Source: an uncultured bacterium (GTDB lineage: Bacteria > Auribacterota > JABMQX01 > JAFGEW01). Taken from it: DNA of 64,000 bases. Where the stretch lies: positions 4,393 to 68,392 of the forward strand of contig CBDUSE010000001.1 in NCBI GenBank assembly GCA_965369835.1, given 5' to 3'. Each line of letters starts with the position of its first letter. The stretch's first letter is position 1. Under the pieces are notes generated by a model that did not search any database, was not told the origin of the DNA, and saw only the letters and a list, made by a program, of their open reading frames with translations. This document shows positions 57,197 through 64,000 of this stretch, piece by piece. The position numbers were made by a program, and so were the translations under genes.

Positions 57197-59069
57197 CCAC
57201 CTCGGCGTGTGGCCCGTCGGGCGCGGTGCGAAGATAGTTTGCGTAGTCCGCCTTGGCTTTGTCGAAGACGGCCGCTCGGTCGTAGGCAAGGCCGCGGCGA
57301 TAGAAGTTTTCGGGATTCTCGGGCTCGAGCTTGATGGCTTCGGCGTACGCCTCGATGGCGCGGCGGTACTCCTTCTTCGCCATGTACGCGGCGCCGAGGT
57401 TCTTCCAGGCTGGAAGGTATCGAGCGTTGAGCTCCAGGGCTCTTTGGTAAGACGTGATTGCCGTGTCCGTGCGGCCGGCCATAAGCAGGGCGTTCGCGAG
57501 GCTGTTACGTGCCGCAGCGGTCTCGGAGAGCTTGACCGCCTCGACGAGCTGGGCCACCGCGTCCTTGTAGCGTTCCTGGTCGTAGCAGAGCAGGCCGTAG
57601 TTGTAGCGCGCGTCAAACAGCTTGGGGTCTTTGGCGATAGCCGTCTCGAAGACCTTGGCCGCCGCGTCGAGCTTCTTGGCGTGGTAGAGCGCGGTGGCGA
57701 GGTTCGAGCGAAACAGCGCGTCGTCGGGCGCGTGCTTGATGGCGAGCTTGTACGCCTCGATCGCATCGGCGAGCCGGCCCTGCATGAAGTGCAGGTTGCC
57801 GAGGTTGTTGTGGGCGCGTGCGTCGTCGGGGCTGTGGCGGATCGCTTCGGCGAGCCGTTCGAGTGCTTCGTCGTAGCGGCCCGCCTCGAGCAGCGCCGTC
57901 CCGAGGTTGTAGAGAGCGCCCGCGTAGGCGGGGTTGACCTCGAGTGCGCGCCCGTAGGTCTCGATCGCGCGGTCGGTGTCGTGCTGCCTCAGGTAGACGT
58001 TGCCGAGGTTCGTATAGGCCGTCGCCGAGTCCGGTCGCATCATGAGCACCTGCTTGTAGGCCGCCTCGGCTTCGGTGAACTGGCCGAGTTGCTCGTTGAG
58101 GTAGCCGATGTGGAAGCGGACGTCCGCGGCCTCGGGCCGGAGCGAGGCGAGGCGCTCGAGCGCGCGTACGGCGTAGTCGTAATCGCCGGCGAGCTCGCAG
58201 GCGTGGCCGAGGCGCGAGTAGCCGAAGGTGGCGTCGGGCCGGAGCTCGACGACCTTGGCGAACGCCTCGATCGCCTCACGGTATCGGCCCTCGCTCTCGC
58301 GCACGCAGCCGAGGTTGTGCCAGCCGAGCGGCGAGTTCGGGCGCAGCGTTGTGACCTTGGCGAAAGCGCGCACCGCCTCGTCGAGCTTGCCCTGCTGGAA
58401 GGCGAGGCAGCCGAGGTTGTTATGCGGCGAGGCGAACCATGGCCGCTCGTCTATCGCCTGGCGGTACCGGAGCGCTGCCTTGTCGGTCTTACCGTCGAGG
58501 GCAAGGAGGCAACCAAGGTTGTAGAGCGCGACGGCGTCGTGCGGGTGCTTTGCGACGAAACTCTCGAGGAGGGCGAGTGCGTCGGCGCGCTTGTCCTGCG
58601 CGTTGAGCACGATGGCGAGGCTGTTGGCCGAGAGCGAGTGGTCCGGATCAATCTCGAGGCCCTTGCGGTACCAGGCCGTGGCGGTGTTCGAGTCGCCGGT
58701 GGCGAAGGCGATTTTGCCCTCGAGGTACGCCTGGTTGGCGGTGCCCTCGATGAGCCCGTCGAGCTTCTCGGCGAGCTGCTTGGCCTTGTAGAGATCGGCC
58801 GACCGTTCCTCGAGGAGGTATCGCTCGAGGTGCGAACGTGCGAGCAGCAGCAGCGCATCGGCGTTCTCCGGTTCGGCCTCGACGAGCTTGTCGAGCACGG
58901 CGATCGCTTCGGCGTACTCGTCGAGCTTGAAGTGCTCGACGGCCTGCTCGTGAAGTTCGGCGGCGCCGGTGGTGCCATCGTCCGCCGCGTTCGCGGGCGG
59001 CGTGAGCACAACGGCGACCAAAGAGATGACCGCAGCCAGGACAACTGTAAGGAGATCTTTAAGGTTCAT
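57111..59069 (-). CDS. Secreted multi-TPR repeat protein
   Basis: Signal peptide MNLKDLLTVVLAAVISLVAVVLTPPANA, followed by about 15 TPR units. An alternative start at 59084 is possible. Confidence 0.7.
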   Translation of the reverse strand: MNLKDLLTVVLAAVISLVAVVLTPPANAADDGTTGAAELHEQAVEHFKLDEYAEAIAVLDKLVEAEPENADALLLLARSHLERYLLEERSADLYKAKQLAEKLDGLIEGTANQAYLEGKIAFATGDSNTATAWYRKGLEIDPDHSLSANSLAIVLNAQDKRADALALLESFVAKHPHDAVALYNLGCLLALDGKTDKAALRYRQAIDERPWFASPHNNLGCLAFQQGKLDEAVRAFAKVTTLRPNSPLGWHNLGCVRESEGRYREAIEAFAKVVELRPDATFGYSRLGHACELAGDYDYAVRALERLASLRPEAADVRFHIGYLNEQLGQFTEAEAAYKQVLMMRPDSATAYTNLGNVYLRQHDTDRAIETYGRALEVNPAYAGALYNLGTALLEAGRYDEALERLAEAIRHSPDDARAHNNLGNLHFMQGRLADAIEAYKLAIKHAPDDALFRSNLATALYHAKKLDAAAKVFETAIAKDPKLFDARYNYGLLCYDQERYKDAVAQLVEAVKLSETAAARNSLANALLMAGRTDTAITSYQRALELNARYLPAWKNLGAAYMAKKEYRRAIEAYAEAIKLEPENPENFYRRGLAYDRAAVFDKAKADYANYLRTAPDGPHAEVVRDRLKQLRSPQRSPGPRPSPRADGRAF

Positions 59070-59212
59070 CGGTCCGGTCCTCATTGAATTGCTGACCGAT
59101 GTGCGCGGCGAAAACCGTTCCTCGACGAGAAACGTGCGCCGCATCCGGTACTGCTAGCACATGGCAGGCGCCGAGTCAAACCGAATGTCAGCGCGGCGAG
59201 AGGAGAGTCGCA

Positions 59213-60331
59213 GTGAAATCGTACGACATTGTCTGTATTGCACAGAGTTCGTGGAACGGCGTGTGGGCGCGACCGCAGCAGCTCATGAGCCGCTTCGCGC
59301 GCGACCACCGGGTGCTCTTCGTGCGACCGATCTCGGTCGCCCACCTCTTGAGCAACCCGAGCGAGCGTAACTGGAAGGCGTTCCGGTGGGTCGAGAGCAA
59401 TCTGTGGGTCTATTCACCGCTCGTGCTTCCGTTTGGGCGGGCGGTGCCCGGTGTGCGCCTGATCAACGAGGCGCGGATCCGCCGGCTTGTGCGCCGCACG
59501 GTCCGCCGGCTCGGCTTCCGGGAGTTCGTGCTCTGGTTCTACGCGCCGATGTCGGAGTACCTCGTCGGGCGTCTCGGTGAGACCGCCGTCGTGTATGACT
59601 GCACCGACGCCTGGGAGCAGTTCGAGAAGACGCCGCAGTTCTGCATCACGCGCGACCGCGCGCTCTCGAGCGAGGCGGACGTGCTCTTTGCGGGCACGCA
59701 CAAGGTGCACGAGACACGCCGCGAGTGGAACCCGAACTGCCACCTGTTTACCTGCGGCGTTGACTACGGCCACTTCGCTGAGCCGCCGCCGGCGCCGCCC
59801 GAGGACATGGCGGACATTCCGCGTCCGATCATCGGCTACGCCGGGCTTGTTGACGAGGCGCGCATGGACTGCAAGCTGCTCGAGCGCATGGCGTGCGAAC
59901 ATCCCGAGTGGTCCATCGTGCTCGTGGGCCCCGTGCAGGAGGATCTGCTGATCCGCACGCTGCGTCACCCGAACATCCGTTTCCTCGGGCTGAAGCCGTA
60001 CGCCGAGCTGCCTCGCTACGTCGCCGCCTTCGACGTGGCGATCGTGCCCTACAAGGTGGACGAGGCGACGCACAGCATCAATCCGACGAAGCTGCTCGAG
60101 TACATGGCGGCCGGCAAGCCGATCGTCTCGAGTGCGCTCGACGAGGTGAAGAGCTGCTACCTCGACCGCCTCTCGATCGCCGAGGGCCGCGACGACTTTA
60201 TCCGCAGCATCGAGCGGCTGCTCGGCGGCGAGGCGACGCTCCCGATCGAGGCGAACCAGGCGCTGGCGGCCGAGCAGTCGTGGGAGCGCGTCACGACCCA
60301 AATGCTGGACCTTGTGGAGGCGACGTTATGA
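59213..60331 (+). CDS. Glycosyltransferase family 4 (GT-B, GT1 clan)
   Basis: GTG start with an AGGAGAG SD. C-terminal GT4 motifs (FLGLKPYAELPRYVAAFDVAIVPY, NPTKLLEYMAAGKPIV). Confidence 0.75.
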   Translation: MKSYDIVCIAQSSWNGVWARPQQLMSRFARDHRVLFVRPISVAHLLSNPSERNWKAFRWVESNLWVYSPLVLPFGRAVPGVRLINEARIRRLVRRTVRRLGFREFVLWFYAPMSEYLVGRLGETAVVYDCTDAWEQFEKTPQFCITRDRALSSEADVLFAGTHKVHETRREWNPNCHLFTCGVDYGHFAEPPPAPPEDMADIPRPIIGYAGLVDEARMDCKLLERMACEHPEWSIVLVGPVQEDLLIRTLRHPNIRFLGLKPYAELPRYVAAFDVAIVPYKVDEATHSINPTKLLEYMAAGKPIVSSALDEVKSCYLDRLSIAEGRDDFIRSIERLLGGEATLPIEANQALAAEQSWERVTTQMLDLVEATL

Positions 60332-61320
60332 ACATGCCGTTTGCCCAGATCGAACCGACCACGGTGTGCAACCTGCGCTGCGCGATGTGCGAGCGCGACC
60401 GCCTCGACTCGGTCGGCCACATGCGGCTTGATCAGTTCGAGCATATCCTCGACGAGCTTGACGGCCTCAGCGCGGTCAAGCTCCAGGGGCTCGGCGAACC
60501 GATGCTCAATCCAGACTTCGTCCCGATGATGCAGGCGCTGAGGGCGCGCGGCATCCGTGCTTACTCGGCGCTCAACGCGACGCTGATCAACGCGGACAAC
60601 GCCGAGTCGCTCGCGTCGGTGGCCGACCGGATCGAGCTCTCGCTCGACAGCGCCGACCCGGCCCAGTTCAGCGCGATCCGGCGCGGCGCGTGCCTGGACG
60701 ACGTGCTGGACCGGATTCGCGTGCTCGTCGAGGCGCGCAACCGCCGGGGCCAGTTCCTCGAGTTGAGCGCCAACGCCGTCGTACACACCGCCGACCGGGG
60801 CGCGCTCAAGGCGCTTTTCGAGCTGATAAGTCGCCTGGGGCTCGACCGGCTCAACCTCAACGTGGTGCAGTTCTGGGACATCGGCGAGGGCGACGAGCCG
60901 GCCCCGAAAGGCGGCGCCGTGCTCGATGCCGAGGACCTCGACCGGATTCGGGCCGAGGTGGACTCGCTCTCATGGGACTGGAGCCTGCCTGCACGGATGA
61001 TGGGCCCCACGGAGGGCTACGAGAACTGCTCGTGGTATCGCGGCGGCATCTACGTCTCGTGGGAGGGCTACGTCACTCCGTGCTGCCAGCGACCTGACCC
61101 GCGCACGATCAACTTCGGCAACATCCTCGAGCAGTCTTTTGGGGCGATCTGGAACAGCGACGCGTACCGGCGCTTCCGCGAGGCGCTTGCCGCGGGCCGA
61201 CCGCCGGAGACGTGCCGCACCTGCACGATGTACTACACGCACGGCGAGGGAAAATGGACATCATCTACCTCTCGGGCTACGACCTCCGGGGCTTTGTCCG
61301 GTTCCGACCCCAACACCTGA
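60328..61320 (+). CDS. Radical SAM enzyme with a C-terminal SPASM/twitch domain
   Basis: CNLRCAMC (CX3CX2C) near the N-terminus, and C-terminal Cys clusters (CSWYRG...TPCCQR...CRTCTMYY). The ATGA start overlaps the GT4 stop. Confidence 0.75.
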   Translation: MNMPFAQIEPTTVCNLRCAMCERDRLDSVGHMRLDQFEHILDELDGLSAVKLQGLGEPMLNPDFVPMMQALRARGIRAYSALNATLINADNAESLASVADRIELSLDSADPAQFSAIRRGACLDDVLDRIRVLVEARNRRGQFLELSANAVVHTADRGALKALFELISRLGLDRLNLNVVQFWDIGEGDEPAPKGGAVLDAEDLDRIRAEVDSLSWDWSLPARMMGPTEGYENCSWYRGGIYVSWEGYVTPCCQRPDPRTINFGNILEQSFGAIWNSDAYRRFREALAAGRPPETCRTCTMYYTHGEGKWTSSTSRATTSGALSGSDPNT

Positions 61321-62435
61321 TGACGCGGCTGGCGCAGCGCCATCGGGTCCTCTACGTCGAGCCGACGCGCGCGGGCAAGTGGCGGCGGCCGTGGCGTTGG
61401 GGCCGCCTGCGCCGCGAGAGCGCCGGCCTGCTGATTCTTGAGCCGCCCGTGCTGCCCGGTTTGCGGTGGAGCCGTGCGGTCAGGGCGCTCAACGAAGCGC
61501 TGCTGCACCGGCGGATCAAGACTGTCATGCACCGCCTCAAGTTCCGTGACGCCGTGACCATTATCGGCACGCCTTTTGCAGCAAAAATTGCCGGTTCCCT
61601 GGGGGAGCGCCTCGTCGTCTACGACTGCAATGATGACTGGGCCGCGATCCCCAGGCTGCCCTCGGCGTACCTGCGGCGGCAGGAGGAGCAGCTTGCCCGG
61701 CGGGCCGACCTCGTGTTCGCCACGAGCCGGCGGCTCTTCGAGCGGTTGGCGCGCCTCAACGAGCGGACCCGGCTCCTACCGTCCGGCGTGGACGTGGAGC
61801 ACTTCGCTCGCGCCGGCGAGCCGGAGGAAGTGCCCGAGGAAATGCGCGGACTCGCGTCGCCGGTGATCGGCTCGATCGGGTCGGTCAACGCGACCAAGGA
61901 CGACCTCGACCTGCTCGAGGCGGTCGCCGCGCGGCGGCCAGCGTGGTCGTTCGTGTTCGTCGGGCCGGTCATGGCGGACGTGGACCTCGGGAAGTACCCG
62001 GCGCTACGCCAATGCGCGCGGTTCCTCGGCTCGCGACCATACGAGGCATTGCCGGCGTATGTGCGGGCGATGGACGTGTGCGTGCTCGCGTACAAGCGCA
62101 ACGCGTTCACCGCGTCGGCGAACCCGACGAAGGTGTTCGAGTACCTGAGCGCGGGCAAGCCGGTCGTAGCCACGCCGCTCGAGGACCTGGCGGAACTCGA
62201 CCGGTTCGTGGCGCTGGCCCGTGATACCGATGAGTTCGTCACCGCGATCGAGGCCGCGCTCGAGCGGGGTGATGACGACGCGATACGCAAGGCGCGCATC
62301 GAGCGCAGCCGGCAGCGGTCCTGGGAGACGATCGTGAGCGCCTTCGAGGCGCAGATTGAGCACCACCTGATGGAGAGAGGCAATGTATCGAATCGCGCTG
62401 TGCATCATTTCATACAACAGGCGGCCGTACACTGA
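61254..62435 (+). CDS. Glycosyltransferase family 4, paralog of the gene at 59213
   Basis: The N-terminus (DIIYLSGYDLRGFVRFRPQHLMTRLAQRHRVLYVEP) aligns with that of the first GT4, and the same C-terminal NPTKVFEYLSAGKPVV motif is present. It overlaps the three-prime end of the rSAM gene by 67 nt. Confidence 0.7.
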   Translation: MDIIYLSGYDLRGFVRFRPQHLMTRLAQRHRVLYVEPTRAGKWRRPWRWGRLRRESAGLLILEPPVLPGLRWSRAVRALNEALLHRRIKTVMHRLKFRDAVTIIGTPFAAKIAGSLGERLVVYDCNDDWAAIPRLPSAYLRRQEEQLARRADLVFATSRRLFERLARLNERTRLLPSGVDVEHFARAGEPEEVPEEMRGLASPVIGSIGSVNATKDDLDLLEAVAARRPAWSFVFVGPVMADVDLGKYPALRQCARFLGSRPYEALPAYVRAMDVCVLAYKRNAFTASANPTKVFEYLSAGKPVVATPLEDLAELDRFVALARDTDEFVTAIEAALERGDDDAIRKARIERSRQRSWETIVSAFEAQIEHHLMERGNVSNRAVHHFIQQAAVH

Positions 62436-63144
62436 GCGGACGCTCACGCCGCTGCTCGAGCAGCTCGAGAGCCCTGAACACGACCTGCACATCTTCATCT
62501 ATGACAACGCCAGCAGCGACTCGACGCCCGAGTACCTTCGCGAGATCGAGGCCCGTCACGAGAAGCTCACCGTGGTGTTCGGCGAGGAAAACATCGGGGT
62601 CACGAACGCCACGAAGCACCTGCTCGAGGACCTCGTTTACGACCACGGGTTTGACTTCATCGCCAAGAACGACGACGACGAGCTGCTGCCCGAGGACTGG
62701 ATGGGCGTGTGCGACTACTGGAGCCGGTTCGAGGCGGCGGGCGGCATCGTCCTCGGCTTCAAGCGGCAGGGGCTCGAGGACTATTTTGCGGGCCTCGAGT
62801 GGGTCAGTCGCCGGCGCGAGAACCTGACGCCGATCGTGGCGGGCCCCTATATCGGCTTCCTGAGCTACATCGTCCCCGGCTTCCAGATGACGACCGAGGC
62901 GTGGTGGCGCCGGATCGTGCCGCACCTGAGCGACTTCGGCCAGTCGCTCGGCGGCTGGGACCCCTCGATGGCGATGACCGTGCGCGACGTGCTCGGCAAG
63001 CAGTGTCTCGTCATCTTCAACCGTCTCTCGATCCACTTCCAGCGCGACGAGGATTACCCCGAATACTCGGCCTCGAAGAAGGAGCAGGTGGACAACGTCC
63101 GCGAGGCGGTCTTTGACCTGCGTCGTCAGGGCGCGCTCAAGTGA
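62383..63144 (+). CDS. Glycosyltransferase family 2 (GT-A fold)
   Basis: IALCIISYNRRPYTERTL...IFIYDNASSD...DDDE is a GT2 signature (DXD-like). Confidence 0.7.
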   Translation: MYRIALCIISYNRRPYTERTLTPLLEQLESPEHDLHIFIYDNASSDSTPEYLREIEARHEKLTVVFGEENIGVTNATKHLLEDLVYDHGFDFIAKNDDDELLPEDWMGVCDYWSRFEAAGGIVLGFKRQGLEDYFAGLEWVSRRRENLTPIVAGPYIGFLSYIVPGFQMTTEAWWRRIVPHLSDFGQSLGGWDPSMAMTVRDVLGKQCLVIFNRLSIHFQRDEDYPEYSASKKEQVDNVREAVFDLRRQGALK

Positions 63145-63175
63145 GCAAGGGCGCCCGAGCGAGGAGAACGACACG

Positions 63176-64000
63176 ATGGACAGGCGCTGCTTCTGCGACG
63201 AGTACATCCCCGGGGCGAAGTTCCTCGAGCTGACCGAGCGGCCGGTCCGGACACGCGAGGGCTATCTCTCGACGCTGGAGGCCTGCTACAATTTCAGGGC
63301 GGTCAGGCCGTTCCCGCTCAAGGTGATGGTCGAGTCGTCGAACCGCTGCATGCTTCACTGCTCGATGTGCCCGCGCGACCGCATGACGCGGGCGCAGGGC
63401 GACATGCCGTTCGAGTTGTTTGCGAAAGTGATTGACGAGGCCGCCGCCGGTGGGCTATATCACCTTTCGATGCACCAGCACGGCGAGCCGCTGATGAACG
63501 AGCGGCTGCCCGAGATGGTCCAAGCCGCCAAGACCCGCGGCATCCCCGTTGTCAATCTGACCACGAATGGGATTCTCCTGGACGAAACCGCGTCGCGCGC
63601 GCTCATCGAGGCGCGGCTCGACACGCTCGTCGTCTCGTTCGACGGCATCACGCGGGACGCCTACACGTTGCTGCGGGGCGTCGAGCGGTTCTACGACCGC
63701 GTGCGGGACAACATGCTTCGCTTCGTGCGGTTGCGGCGCGCCTACGGTTTCTCGAAGCCGTTCTTCCGCATCCACGCGCTGCGGCCGCCGGGCGTGACCG
63801 ACGAGGAGGTCGAAGCGTTCCGCGCCGAGTGGGACGGCGTGGCGGACGACGTCGGCATCGGCGAGATCGCCTCGTACGGCGAAGGCAACGAGATGTTCCA
63901 CCACGAGCGCGGTGTATCGGTGGCGCGAGTGCCGTGCCGCCACCTGTGGCAGCAGCTCATCGTGCTGCGCTCGGGTGATGTGGTCCCGTGCTGTGTGGAC
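63176..64000 (+). CDS. Second radical SAM/SPASM-domain enzyme (partial; runs off the window end). Not in the ORF track because it has no stop codon.
   Basis: CMLHCSMCPRD (CX3CX2C), then a radical-SAM core (GEPLMNERLPEMV, NLTTNG). The C-terminal PCRHLWQQLIVLRSGDVVPCCVD begins a SPASM domain. Confidence 0.7.
   Translation, partial: MDRRCFCDEYIPGAKFLELTERPVRTREGYLSTLEACYNFRAVRPFPLKVMVESSNRCMLHCSMCPRDRMTRAQGDMPFELFAKVIDEAAAGGLYHLSMHQHGEPLMNERLPEMVQAAKTRGIPVVNLTTNGILLDETASRALIEARLDTLVVSFDGITRDAYTLLRGVERFYDRVRDNMLRFVRLRRAYGFSKPFFRIHALRPPGVTDEEVEAFRAEWDGVADDVGIGEIASYGEGNEMFHHERGVSVARVPCRHLWQQLIVLRSGDVVPCCVD

Noticed and set aside
57207-59087. 626-aa plus-strand ORF antisense to the TPR gene
   Set aside because: The minus-strand frame has a signal peptide and clear TPR periodicity. 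The plus frame is Val/Gly/Glu/Arg-rich low complexity.

Overview
High-GC (about two-thirds G+C) bacterial chromosomal segment with dense coding on both strands and no obvious mobile elements, rRNA/tRNA genes or CRISPR arrays. The five-prime end (1-6.6 kb, minus strand) carries a partial Upf1-like SF1 helicase gene with a near-consensus sigma70 promoter, followed by a pyrR-pyrB-pyrC-carA pyrimidine operon preceded by a PyrR-type attenuator. The middle (6.8-30.6 kb) is an accessory and regulatory stretch. It encodes an AI-2E transporter, a GT-C-like membrane protein, an MFS permease fused to HEAT repeats, a small outer-membrane barrel, and a PAS-HisKA protein without an ATPase domain next to a CheY-like receiver. 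It also carries a sigma54-promoter-driven NDP-amino-sugar cluster (PseG-like, ATP-grasp, SDR dehydratase, nucleotidyltransferase, DegT aminotransferase), two FlgS/FlgR-like histidine-kinase plus sigma54-activator pairs, and a sigma54-driven lipoprotein followed by a REC/PP2C-like/RsbW-like kinase fusion and a STAS antagonist (a partner-switching module). Two TPR proteins and a FlgN-like protein complete this stretch. From 30.7 to 56.1 kb there is a large Bacillus-like flagellar fla operon (flgB flgC fliE fliF fliG fliH fliI fliJ ylxF-like fliK flgD flgE flbD motA motB fliL fliL fliM fliN fliO fliP fliQ fliR flhB flhA flhF flhG fliA), preceded by a canonical sigma54 promoter. Inside this operon sit a tandem array of about 5.5 22-bp hairpins with GGA loops between fliP and fliQ, a 21-bp coding minisatellite in fliO, and duplicated fliL. 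The three-prime end (57-64 kb) carries a secreted TPR protein (minus strand) and a glycosylation island of GT4, radical-SAM/SPASM, GT4, GT2 and a second radical-SAM/SPASM gene. The leading candidates for something novel are the GGA-loop hairpin array (possibly a CsrA-titrating element embedded in the flagellar export operon), the radical-SAM/SPASM plus glycosyltransferase island, and the REC-pseudophosphatase-RsbW/STAS partner switch wired to a sigma54 promoter. All calls are from reading translations and motifs by eye; no database searches were run.
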